Assembly (NCBI GenBank): GCA_045629765.1
Contig: JAZQRW010000183.1
Location: forward strand, 1 to 36,072
Direction of reading: 5' to 3'
Origin: Eubacteriales bacterium
GTDB taxonomy: Bacteria > Bacillota > Clostridia > Oscillospirales > CAG-272
Length of the DNA stretch: 36,072 nt
Positions 23,631 to 32,411 of the stretch are shown one piece after another. A model generated the notes under the pieces. The model ran no database searches and was not told the origin of the DNA. It saw nothing but the letters and a program-made list of their open reading frames with translations. Position 1 is the stretch's first letter. The number at the start of each line of letters is the position of its first letter. A program made the translations under genes and the position numbers.

Positions 23631-24896
23631 TTAAAGTTTACAAACAATTGCTTTTATATCGTCTAAGTTAATTTTCTTGTGTCTACCTTTGAGCGTTAAA
23701 GTGAGGTTGTCGGGTGTAAAAATTGTATTAGCAACACTCATAAACCGCTCGGGCGTAATCGACTTATACGCCATACGCCTATCCTCTAAGCTCTTATATC
23801 CAAGGCCTAAAATGTGGTTATCGTAGGCAAAGGTAAAATTAAGCTCACGGTTGTCATCGTAAAGCATCATAACGTTATCGACATAGCTCGCCTTGAAGAG
23901 CTCGCTTTCGGTTAAAATCTCATTCTTAAAGTGCTTTAAAATCTGCACCGTAAGCTCTGTCGCCTCAAGCAGACTCTGCTCCTTAACCTCGTAGGTAAAC
24001 GAGAGCGTACCAATATTTCCATATCGCTCAACGGAGCCATTGATGTCGTAGAACAATCCCCTTTTTTCGCTCATTTCTATAAAGAATTTTGAACTATATC
24101 CACCGAGCATAGTATCGTACATCAGGTCAATCTCCGGCATACTAAGGCGTGACATATCTAAATCAAAGGTATAACAAACCTTAGTAAAATCTGCGTTCTT
24201 AAGCGCCACATTCCCGCCCCTTTTGCCAAAATTACTCGGCACGGGTGCCAGATTATCGTGCGCGGAGCCACAGCTTAACTCATACTCGCCTATCTTTCTT
24301 GCGAGGTTTTCAATATCACTCTCCGAGACGTTACCCGTAACGTAGACGAAAAGGTTATCATTCGTAAAGCTCTGATACCTGTATTTCTCGATGCGGGTGC
24401 GAGTGATTTTTGACACGCACCCAAGCGTGCCGGTTATAGGACGTGACAAAGAGGTATCCTCCCACACCTTCTTCTGCGTAAAGGTCGAGAGCGAGCCCAC
24501 CTCGTCCGCCTCGCGAATCTCCGCTTTAATTCTGTCACGCTCTGCCTCTATTTCATCGCTTGAGAGAGATATAGGCATAAGAAGCTTTGATATAATTTCT
24601 ATTGCAACACCAACGTTTTCTTTTGCGCCGCTGAGGTAAAACTGCACCATTTCCGAGTAACTTGAAGCGTTAAACTCAATAGCGTGTCTGTCGAGTATGG
24701 AATATAGCTCCCCACCCATAATTTTATTTACATTTCTTATTGCAATATGCTCAAGGAAGTGCGTAATACCGTTATCCCTCTCGCTCTCGTACATACTGCC
24801 CGAGCGAAGAAACAGCGATATGAAAAAGCCGTGGCTACCCGGATTTAAGTAGCTGTAAATTGGAATACCGTTTTTAGCAATTATCCTGTTTTCCAT
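23631..24896 (-). CDS. M16-family (pitrilysin/insulinase-like) zinc peptidase
   Basis: The inverted zinc motif H-x-x-E-H is seen as GITHFLEHIAIRN. The length (421 aa) and two-domain layout are typical. GGAGGTG RBS. Confidence 0.85.
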   Translation of the reverse strand: MENRIIAKNGIPIYSYLNPGSHGFFISLFLRSGSMYESERDNGITHFLEHIAIRNVNKIMGGELYSILDRHAIEFNASSYSEMVQFYLSGAKENVGVAIEIISKLLMPISLSSDEIEAERDRIKAEIREADEVGSLSTFTQKKVWEDTSLSRPITGTLGCVSKITRTRIEKYRYQSFTNDNLFVYVTGNVSESDIENLARKIGEYELSCGSAHDNLAPVPSNFGKRGGNVALKNADFTKVCYTFDLDMSRLSMPEIDLMYDTMLGGYSSKFFIEMSEKRGLFYDINGSVERYGNIGTLSFTYEVKEQSLLEATELTVQILKHFKNEILTESELFKASYVDNVMMLYDDNRELNFTFAYDNHILGLGYKSLEDRRMAYKSITPERFMSVANTIFTPDNLTLTLKGRHKKINLDDIKAIVCKL

Positions 24897-24965
24897 ATAT
24901 CCACCTCCTATATGCGTTTAGTATATTGTAGCACAGATATTTATATTTTGCAAGTAAAAGAAATC

Positions 24966-25006
24966 AGAAAGCAAAGAGTGAGGATATTCGGTCAGAATAC
25001 CCTCAC
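24966..25006 (-). terminator. Putative terminator after the acyl-CoA ligase gene
   Basis: Minus-strand GTGAGGGTATTC-TGAC-CGAATATCCTCAC (12 bp with 1 mismatch), followed by an interrupted T-rich run. Confidence 0.45.
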
Positions 25007-25031
25007 ATTGCTCTTTAATATAAAAACCATT

Positions 25032-26765
25032 TTAATCAATGGATTTATCAATCTTAAATCTGGTAATCTTTCTTGAAGTGTTCTTGGGGAACTCCTCGTT
25101 TCTGATCTTAACCTTGCCGACCTTCTTATAAACAACGTTCTTCTTATTGATGTTGTCAATCTCAGCGTTGAAGTAAGCCTCAGCGTCCTCGATGTTGTGC
25201 ATCTTAAGCGCATCGAAGTCGGGGAAAATCTCAGCAACGATTACTTCCTTAGAAGGATCAGACTTGCTCTCACCCGCATATACTACGACCTCGCTAACGC
25301 CGTATACACCTTGAATATCGGTTTCGATTTCCTCGGGGTAAACGTTCTTACCATTGGAGAAGATAATGAGGTTTTTAAGTCTGCCTGTGATATAAATCCA
25401 CTGGTCGTCACCCTCAAGCTCTACCTTACCGTAGTCACCGGTCTTGAAGTATCCGTCCTCGGTAAATGCATCACGGGTAGCCTCTTCGTTGTTGTAATAA
25501 CCAATCATTACGTTGGGACCCTTGTAGCTGATTTCACCCTCGCCGTTAGCATCGGGGTTCAAAATCTTTACGTGACCGCCGATAATAGGTAAACCTACTG
25601 AGCCCTTCTTTCTGTACTCATTTCTGTTACAGGAGATAAGAGGAGCGCACTCTGTAATGCCGTAGCCGTTAAGAACAACCACGCCGATAGACTCGAAGAA
25701 ATCTATAACGTTCTGGTTAAGCGCCGCACCGCCGCAAATAATCATCTGAAGCTCGCCGCCAAAGTTTGAAAGAACGCTCTTACCGAAGAACTGCTTTCTT
25801 AAGTCAATACCAACCTTACGAAGTGCGTTCGAAAGCTTGATAAGGAAGTTAAGTCCCTTAAGCTTACCCGACTTCTCAGCAGCAGACATAATTCTCTTAT
25901 AGAACGTCTCGACAAAAAGAGGCACGAGAATTAAGTGTGTAGGCTTAAAGTCCTTAAGCTCGTTCATAATGTAACGAAGACCTGAGGAAATGTAAATCTC
26001 ACAGCCCTGAGCATAGTGACCGATAAAGTTAACGGTCGAGCCGAAGGTATGGTGAGGAGGAAGAACGCACATAGTTCTTTCTGTAATGTTGAAGTTATAC
26101 ATACCCTGCTCCATATCCGAGCAGATGTTGTGCATAGTAAGCATTACGCCCTTGCCCTTACCTGTAGTACCGGAGGTAAATACGATGGAGGCAAGCTTGT
26201 TAATGTCAATCTCGTAATCATAGTAAGAATTGTCGCCACTCTCAAACTTAGCCTTACCGTTTGCAATAACGGTATCAAGATTTACTGCGAAGTCGCGTGT
26301 ATTCTCACCCATCTCGATGAACGTGTGAAGCGAGGGAACAAGCGCCTTGATTTGCTCAATCTTATCTGCTATAAGCGATGAATATACAACGAATGGACAC
26401 TCCGCGGTATTAAGAATGGACGCCATATCATCAATAGGTAAATCCTTATCAATCGGAACTGTAACTGCACCAACGGACATAAGTGCAAAATAGCTGAATA
26501 CCCAATTAGGCGAAGCCTCGCCGATAATAGCAACGTTCTTATCAGTCATTCCCATAGAAATGAACTCAGTACCAAGAGAGCGCACTATCTGTCTGCCCTC
26601 TTCGTATGTGTAATGAAGAATCTCCTTGCTATTTGGGTTCTTCTTATAGCTGAATGCGCGCTTGTTCGGGAACTTGTCAGCCACATTCTCAACCATTATC
26701 CTTGTATCAGCGAAATGTGTGGTTTCGTATAAGGGATAATTCTTTTTCCTGTTCTTAAAAGCCAT
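25032..26765 (-). CDS. AMP-dependent synthetase/ligase (long-chain fatty acid-CoA ligase-like)
   Basis: AMP-binding motifs IVFTSGTTGKGKGVMLTMHN, GYGITE, TGDYG and PKNTSRKITR. AAAGGA RBS. Confidence 0.85.
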   Translation of the reverse strand: MAFKNRKKNYPLYETTHFADTRIMVENVADKFPNKRAFSYKKNPNSKEILHYTYEEGRQIVRSLGTEFISMGMTDKNVAIIGEASPNWVFSYFALMSVGAVTVPIDKDLPIDDMASILNTAECPFVVYSSLIADKIEQIKALVPSLHTFIEMGENTRDFAVNLDTVIANGKAKFESGDNSYYDYEIDINKLASIVFTSGTTGKGKGVMLTMHNICSDMEQGMYNFNITERTMCVLPPHHTFGSTVNFIGHYAQGCEIYISSGLRYIMNELKDFKPTHLILVPLFVETFYKRIMSAAEKSGKLKGLNFLIKLSNALRKVGIDLRKQFFGKSVLSNFGGELQMIICGGAALNQNVIDFFESIGVVVLNGYGITECAPLISCNRNEYRKKGSVGLPIIGGHVKILNPDANGEGEISYKGPNVMIGYYNNEEATRDAFTEDGYFKTGDYGKVELEGDDQWIYITGRLKNLIIFSNGKNVYPEEIETDIQGVYGVSEVVVYAGESKSDPSKEVIVAEIFPDFDALKMHNIEDAEAYFNAEIDNINKKNVVYKKVGKVKIRNEEFPKNTSRKITRFKIDKSID

Positions 26766-26812
26766 ATCATAAATCCTTTCAAAATTACTCTATTTTATGG
26801 TTTTATATTGCA

Positions 26813-26842
26813 ATTATAGCACTAAACTTATTTACATGTCAA
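26813..26842 (-). promoter_or_regulatory. Consensus sigma-A promoter (TTGACA-18-TATAAT) for the acyl-CoA ligase gene
   Basis: Minus strand: -35 TTGACA (26837-26842) and -10 TATAAT (26813-26818). Confidence 0.6.
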
Positions 26843-26891
26843 TATCTTACGATAAAAAAGTTATTTTCAACAATTGTTTATCTTACCCTTA

Positions 26892-26920
26892 TTGACATAG
26901 TTGAAAATATATTATATAAT
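26892..26920 (+). promoter_or_regulatory. Consensus sigma-A promoter (TTGACA-17-TATAAT) for the methyltransferase/PPIase/ylmH genes
   Basis: -35 at 26892-26897, 17-nt spacer, -10 at 26915-26920. Confidence 0.65.
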
Positions 26921-26962
26921 TGATTGGATTATATTTTTCGATTAACCGTAAAGGGATTTTTT

Positions 26963-28327
26963 ATGAAGGAAAATTTCTTAAATCGTATGCGTGAGCTGCT
27001 CGGCAATGAATATGAACACTTTGTTCAATCACTTGACAAGGATAATGTTCGCGGACTGAGAGCAAACCGCTTTAAGTGCGATAAATCGCATCTCGCCTCG
27101 TTAATTGATATGCCCCTGCGTCCTATCAGTTACGTGGATAACGGATTTATTCTCGAGAGTACCGAGCCGATAGGCACAAGTCCTTTACACCACGCGGGTA
27201 TGATATATATGCAAGACCCCGGTGCTATGTCAGCAATTGCCGCTGTAAATATTAAGCCTGATTTTAAAATACTCGATATGTGTGCAGCTCCCGGTGGAAA
27301 ATCGTCACAAGCCGCAGAATTTCTCGGTGACGAGGGCTTCATACTCTCAAACGAGTACGTGCCAAAGCGTGCAAAAATAATAGTCAGCAATTTTGAAAGA
27401 TTAGGTATCAAAAATGCAATCGTAACCTCTCTTGCCTCCGATGAAATTGCCAAGATGTACGAGGGCGTGTTTGATTTGGTTATCGTAGATGCCCCATGCT
27501 CGGGCGAAGGAATGTTCCGCAAGAGTGACGAAGCTGTCGAATGCTGGAGCGAAGAAAATGTGCTTGCTTGCAGTAAAAGGCAAATGGAAATCATCGAAAA
27601 TGCAAAAAGCACTGTGAAGGATGGCGGATATTTGCTTTATTCCACCTGCACATACTCTATCGAGGAAAACGAGATGGTTGTCGATGAATTTCTGAACAAC
27701 AATCGCGAATTTGAGCTGGTACCCGTCAACGAAAAAGTTCGCGCAGTAACCAAAGACGGTATCTCCTTTGACGGCTGCAAATCAGACTCACTGAACATGA
27801 CAAGACGCTTCTATCCACACGTTTCAGATGGGGAAGGACAGTTTATTGCACTAATGAGAAGGCGCGGACGCGGTAATGATGAAAAAATCAATTACAAGGA
27901 CTCTGCAAAACCTTTATCCCGTACAGCGAATGAAATTGTCAAAGCATTCTTTAAGGAAAATATGCTACTTGAACCTACGGGCAGACTCACGGCTGTTGGC
28001 GATAACATTGTGTTGATTACACACGATATGCCGATACCTCAGCACTCGGTATTTATGTCAGGAGTTATGGTGGGGGAAATAAGAGGTAATATGCTTATTC
28101 CGTCGCATCAATTCTTCTCCTGCTACGGTCACTTCTTTAAATCACGAGAAATGATATTCAAGGGTGAGGAGCGCATCGATAAATATTTAAGAGGTGAAGA
28201 AATAGAGGCAAGATTTGCCGCGCACGGTTGGTGTGCCGTTCTTTACGAGGGCGTCACAGTGGGTGGCGGAAAATGCTCCGGCGGCAAAATCAAGAACCAC
28301 TACCCAAAAGGTTTAAGAAACAAATAA
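26963..28327 (+). CDS. RsmB/RsmF-type (NOL1/NOP2/Sun) RNA cytosine-C5 methyltransferase
   Basis: Motifs DMCAAPGGKSSQ (SAM binding), VDAPCSGEGMFRK and LLYSTCT (the two catalytic Cys motifs). AAGGGA RBS before ATG 26963. The tracked TTG start at 26924 lies at the predicted transcription start. Confidence 0.85.
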   Translation: MKENFLNRMRELLGNEYEHFVQSLDKDNVRGLRANRFKCDKSHLASLIDMPLRPISYVDNGFILESTEPIGTSPLHHAGMIYMQDPGAMSAIAAVNIKPDFKILDMCAAPGGKSSQAAEFLGDEGFILSNEYVPKRAKIIVSNFERLGIKNAIVTSLASDEIAKMYEGVFDLVIVDAPCSGEGMFRKSDEAVECWSEENVLACSKRQMEIIENAKSTVKDGGYLLYSTCTYSIEENEMVVDEFLNNNREFELVPVNEKVRAVTKDGISFDGCKSDSLNMTRRFYPHVSDGEGQFIALMRRRGRGNDEKINYKDSAKPLSRTANEIVKAFFKENMLLEPTGRLTAVGDNIVLITHDMPIPQHSVFMSGVMVGEIRGNMLIPSHQFFSCYGHFFKSREMIFKGEERIDKYLRGEEIEARFAAHGWCAVLYEGVTVGGGKCSGGKIKNHYPKGLRNK

Positions 28328-28395
28328 TCCCATTAAAACGCAAATTTAATAACTATAGTTTACAAAATAACAACATAAATGGAGAAAACACAAAA

Positions 28396-29139
28396 ATGGA
28401 AAAGATTTTAGCAACAGTTGGCGGACTTAATATTACAGAATCCGACGTTAATGAATTCCTTGCAAATCTCGGTCAAAGAGGACAAGGCTACAACACTGCT
28501 GAGGGAAAGAAGATGATACTTGAGCAGTTAGTAGCGGACAAGCTCCTCCTTCTTTACGCAAAGAGAAACCTTATCGAGAGCGAGCCTGAATTTAAGGCAG
28601 AGCTTGCAAAATTCAAGGACACACTCCTTGTAAATTACGTAGGATCAAAGCTTCTTGCAGATGTTAAGGTATCGGATAAGGAAATCGAAGAATATTACAA
28701 CGCAAATCCCGATAAATTCCAGACCGGCGGAACCGTAAACGCAAGCCACATTCTCGTTGATACCGAGGAAAAGGCTAACAGTATTTGTGCTGACATTATG
28801 GCTGGTAAAATCAGCTTTGAGGATGCAGCAAAAGAATACTCTTCATGTCCTTCAAAGGAAAACGGCGGCAATCTCGGCGAGTTTGGCAGAGGTCAGATGG
28901 TTCCCGAGTTTGTCAAGGCAGTATTCGCTATGAACGAGGGCGAAATCACCAAGGAGCCTGTTAAGACTCAGTTCGGCTATCATCTAATTAAGCTTATTTC
29001 CAAGAGCGAGGCGAGCATTATGCCACTTGCTGACATTTTACCTCAGCTTCGCGAGTCACTCCTCAACGAAAAGCGCAGAAGTGCTTATCAGTCAAAGATA
29101 AATCAGCTTAAGATTATGTTCCCCGTAGATATGCACTGA
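28396..29139 (+). CDS. Parvulin-type peptidyl-prolyl cis-trans isomerase (PpiC/PrsA/SurA-like), no signal peptide seen
   Basis: Motifs NASHILV, FEDAAKEYSSCPSKENGGNLGEFGRGQMVPEF and QFGYHLIK. GGAGA RBS before ATG 28396. The tracked upstream extension overlaps the preceding gene. Confidence 0.8.
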   Translation: MEKILATVGGLNITESDVNEFLANLGQRGQGYNTAEGKKMILEQLVADKLLLLYAKRNLIESEPEFKAELAKFKDTLLVNYVGSKLLADVKVSDKEIEEYYNANPDKFQTGGTVNASHILVDTEEKANSICADIMAGKISFEDAAKEYSSCPSKENGGNLGEFGRGQMVPEFVKAVFAMNEGEITKEPVKTQFGYHLIKLISKSEASIMPLADILPQLRESLLNEKRRSAYQSKINQLKIMFPVDMH

Positions 29140-29897
29140 TGAGTGACGAATTCGAAATACTAAAAAAGCGTTTCATTGAATTAGCCTCGAAAGCACATAA
29201 CGGCAATTACTACACCTTTACTGACATATTAGGACTTGCAGAGCAGTCAGCGTTTAACGAGATTTTACCTAAAATCCGTGGAATAGCTTACTCGGCATTT
29301 GGCGGATGTGCGGGCGCTGAGAGAGTGATGATACGCTTTGGAAATCCGGATGACATAGGGTATGAGGCCAACTTCCCGATAGTGTGTATCAAGGTTGAGC
29401 CTCTGTCGCAAAAATTTGCTGACAAGCTTACCCACCGTGACTTTTTAGGCGCAATTTTAAATCTCGGCATAGAGCGCGATACGCTTGGCGACATAGTTAT
29501 CAACGATAACGTCGGATACGTGTTTTGTAATGAAGATATGGCGAATTATCTTGTGGAAAGCCTCACCCGTGTCAAAAGAACCGACGTAAGATGTGAGCTT
29601 TGCGCCGATATTCCGGCCGAAAATCTTTATAAAACACAAGAAAAGCAAATTCAAATTTCGAGCGAAAGATTAGATAGTATAATAGCCAAGACCTTCAATC
29701 TATCGCGCGACGATGCGCAATCCTTGTTCAAAAAGGGATTGATTTTCGTAAACGGCAGGATATGTGAGAGCGTGGCGCAAACGCCAAAAGAGAATGACAA
29801 AATCAGCGTTAGAGGCCACGGAAGACTCATATACAAAGGTTATAAAACACTAAGCAAAAAAGGGAAACTCAACGCAATAGTTGAGATTTATGTATAA
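29139..29897 (+). CDS. ylmH: YlmH-family S4-domain RNA-binding protein
   Basis: The C-terminal S4 motif is ERLDSIIAKTFNLSRDDAQSLFKKGLIFVNGR...KISVRGHGR, with N-terminal YlmH-like YYTFTDILGLAEQ. The ATG overlaps the PPIase stop (TGATG). Confidence 0.7.
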   Translation: MSDEFEILKKRFIELASKAHNGNYYTFTDILGLAEQSAFNEILPKIRGIAYSAFGGCAGAERVMIRFGNPDDIGYEANFPIVCIKVEPLSQKFADKLTHRDFLGAILNLGIERDTLGDIVINDNVGYVFCNEDMANYLVESLTRVKRTDVRCELCADIPAENLYKTQEKQIQISSERLDSIIAKTFNLSRDDAQSLFKKGLIFVNGRICESVAQTPKENDKISVRGHGRLIYKGYKTLSKKGKLNAIVEIYV

Positions 29898-29932
29898 AAA
29901 GCAAAACAAAGTTTACATTTAAGGTGGCAACC

Positions 29933-31168
29933 ATGTCAAACAGTAAAACAGATAAGAAACTTTATATATGGTTAATTGCTTCAAGCTTCCTACTATACCT
30001 TATGACTATTTCAATTAAAATGGTATACTCAGCAGAGCTTGTTTCGATAATATCGTATTTTGGTACGGAAAAAGAGCAAGCAGGTCTTGGCCTGACGATA
30101 TATTACTTAATATATGCCCTGACACAGCTGATTATATCCTCAGATAAGGTAAAGCTCGATATGTATAAATTTCTCGTTTATACAACAGTCCTCTCCGCCA
30201 TATCCTTCGGAGCTGTAATTTTTGTAAATGACCTGTGGCACGTTTGGCTTATTCTTGCGCTTAACGGAATTCTTCAGTCAAGCGTATGGGGTGGAATTAT
30301 GTATCACCTTACGAAGTTCTTGCCGGAGAGCTGGTTTAATCTTACGTCAATAATTCTCAGCTTCGCATTTGCGCTTGGCACTGCAATTGCTTACGGCATA
30401 TCAGCACTATGCGTTGCCTTCTTGAATTGGAAGTACGCTTTCCTCATTTTTGCAGCTTTACTTCTGCTCTCCCTTTTGATATTCTGCGTCGTTATACTGC
30501 ACGAAAAGAAGCGCTACGGAAATATTGACAACGATTCCAATACATCGGAAATTGATAAATTCGATATTAAGCAACCTATTGCCAAAAAGAAGCTCTTTAC
30601 CATTCTTGCCTTTGTTTTAATTGCGGAATTTTTCGTTTGTTCTGTTTATTATGGACTTACGAACTGGATTCCCAACCTACTTAAAGAAGTACACAATGTC
30701 GATGAATCGTATTCCCTTCTAATTACAATCTTGGTGCCAATAAGCATGATTCCCGGTCCAATCTTCGCTAACTGTATGACGGAGAAAAGCGGTACAATTT
30801 ACACTGTTTGTGCAGCCTTTTTTGCCATATGCACGGCATGCTTGCTGGCAATGATTTTCACGCACGATGCAAACATTGTTATTGCACTTCTACTATCACT
30901 GATTGCTCTGTTCTTCAATCGAGGAATTGTCAATCTTTTGGCCGCTTACTTACCATTTAAGCTAAACCGCGTAATTGACGCCGGTAAAAGCTCACTGATG
31001 ATAAATGCAATAGCCTGCATCGGCGCTGCGATGATGCCGTTTGTTACCGGCTTAATTATCAGCAAGCTTGATTGGACTGCATATTACATCTTTATGTTTG
31101 CCATATCAGCCATCACAACGCTTTTGTTTGCTTTTGGTATGAAATATTCCAAGAAGCTCCTACCTTAA
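29933..31168 (+). CDS. MFS-type transporter (about 12 hydrophobic segments)
   Basis: Hydrophobic helices run throughout, with a central hydrophilic loop (HEKKRYGNIDNDSNTSEIDKFD) typical of 6+6 MFS topology. AAGGTGG RBS 5 nt before ATG 29933. The tracked start is GTG 29924. Confidence 0.7.
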   Translation: MSNSKTDKKLYIWLIASSFLLYLMTISIKMVYSAELVSIISYFGTEKEQAGLGLTIYYLIYALTQLIISSDKVKLDMYKFLVYTTVLSAISFGAVIFVNDLWHVWLILALNGILQSSVWGGIMYHLTKFLPESWFNLTSIILSFAFALGTAIAYGISALCVAFLNWKYAFLIFAALLLLSLLIFCVVILHEKKRYGNIDNDSNTSEIDKFDIKQPIAKKKLFTILAFVLIAEFFVCSVYYGLTNWIPNLLKEVHNVDESYSLLITILVPISMIPGPIFANCMTEKSGTIYTVCAAFFAICTACLLAMIFTHDANIVIALLLSLIALFFNRGIVNLLAAYLPFKLNRVIDAGKSSLMINAIACIGAAMMPFVTGLIISKLDWTAYYIFMFAISAITTLLFAFGMKYSKKLLP

Positions 31169-31198
31169 ACCTTAAACATAAAGAACCTAAAAAGAATA

Positions 31199-31250
31199 TA
31201 AAAATACCGTTATTACCATTCCGCATGGTACTATAACGGTATTTTTCTTT
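31199..31250. terminator. Bidirectional rho-independent terminator between convergent genes
   Basis: AAATACCGTTAT (31202-31213) pairs with ATAACGGTATTT (31233-31244). An inner stem pairs TACCAT with ATGGTA. There is an A-run on the left and a T-run on the right. Confidence 0.7.
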
Positions 31251-31268
31251 ATTTTGTCATATTTTAAG

Positions 31269-31763
31269 TTACATATCGTAAGTAAAATACATCGTATTGG
31301 CTATCTCTAAAAATTCCTTAGTCAGTGCTCCCTCATCAGTATTAGGCGAGATGAAGGTAACTACAAAATACGCATACTGTGAACAGTAAAACGTGGTAAC
31401 GTAGAGATATTCCACGTTATCGGAGGTGCGCTTGTAGGTAAAATAAGGTACGTCGCCTACTTCAAGCACTTCACTTGTATTATCGGTTTCGGATATGTGT
31501 TCTTTGTAAATACTCGCTAACTTCTTCGGCGTGTGGGTCGGTAAAATTCCGTTCTCCAAACAAGCGTCAAAGGACATACGGTTTATACCGATTAGGAGAC
31601 GCTCGTTAGTGAACGCCTTATCAAAGGTATCGCTCAAATCACGCTCTTCATAGTCGTCTGTAAGCTTAAACCCAAGCTCGCAATACTCGTATGTTGCCTT
31701 TTTGCAAGAAACAAGGCATATAAGTACAGTAAATAAAAGAATAATTGCTACTAATTTTCTCAT
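31269..31763 (-). CDS. Small lipoprotein of unknown function (164 aa)
   Basis: MRKLVAIILLFTVLICLVSC is a signal peptide plus lipobox. The ATG overlaps the HAD stop (ATGA). Confidence 0.7.
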   Translation of the reverse strand: MRKLVAIILLFTVLICLVSCKKATYEYCELGFKLTDDYEERDLSDTFDKAFTNERLLIGINRMSFDACLENGILPTHTPKKLASIYKEHISETDNTSEVLEVGDVPYFTYKRTSDNVEYLYVTTFYCSQYAYFVVTFISPNTDEGALTKEFLEIANTMYFTYDM

Positions 31764-32410
31764 ATACGTTCTAATATCTCTACGGGCGTGGAAACAATAG
31801 CATCCGCTCCTGCTCCTTCAAGTTCTTCTCTGCTTCTAAATCCCCACAATACACCCACAGTGACTCCGGCACACATATTCTTGCCGGTTTCTATGTCCAC
31901 AGACGTGTCGCCTATAAACATAACCTCTGTCGATTCAACCGAGAGTGTAGATAATATTTCACCTGTGCATGCAGGATTAGGTTTAAGAGGCACATTGTCC
32001 TTTGCACCTGCGACGTAGGAAAAACGCTCTCCAAAAAAGGTTTTTACAAGGCTCTTAACTGCGCTGTCCGGTTTATTGGAAAGAACGGCAATCTTGATTT
32101 TGTTTTCAATCATAGCATCCAAGACTTCCAAAATACCGTCATACGGCTTGGTGTATAAAAACGGATCCGCATCATAAATCCTCGTGTAATACTCGTGTAC
32201 TGCGGCAATTGTAGTCTCATCACTCACACCGCCGTTTACGCAGGCGCGACGGATAAGCTTACGCGCTCCATCGCCTACAAATGTCTTACACTCTTCAAGA
32301 TTGATAGGTTTAATATTCCATTTTTTTAAAGCAAGATTTACATAATGCGTTATAGTGGTAATTGTATCCAAAATAGTACCATCTAAATCAAATATACAAC
32401 ACTTAATCAT
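31760..32410 (-). CDS. HAD-superfamily hydrolase (phosphoglycolate phosphatase-like)
   Basis: MIKCCIFDLDGTILDT (the DxDGT motif at the N-terminus), VLSNK and IGDTSVDIETGKN. I prefer ATG 32410 (GAGGA RBS, 1 nt after the pcrA stop) over the tracked start at 32440. Confidence 0.8.
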   Translation of the reverse strand: MIKCCIFDLDGTILDTITTITHYVNLALKKWNIKPINLEECKTFVGDGARKLIRRACVNGGVSDETTIAAVHEYYTRIYDADPFLYTKPYDGILEVLDAMIENKIKIAVLSNKPDSAVKSLVKTFFGERFSYVAGAKDNVPLKPNPACTGEILSTLSVESTEVMFIGDTSVDIETGKNMCAGVTVGVLWGFRSREELEGAGADAIVSTPVEILERI

Positions 32411-32411
32411 T

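Noticed and set aside
28228-28395. Upstream extensions of tracked ORFs: 28228 for the PPIase, 12687 for the DgoK-family gene, 26924 for the methyltransferase, 22420 for prfB, 32440 for HAD and 29924 for MFS
   Set aside because: Each extension overlaps the preceding gene or a predicted promoter and lacks an RBS. Internal ATGs with good Shine-Dalgarno sequences begin at the conserved N-termini of the respective families.
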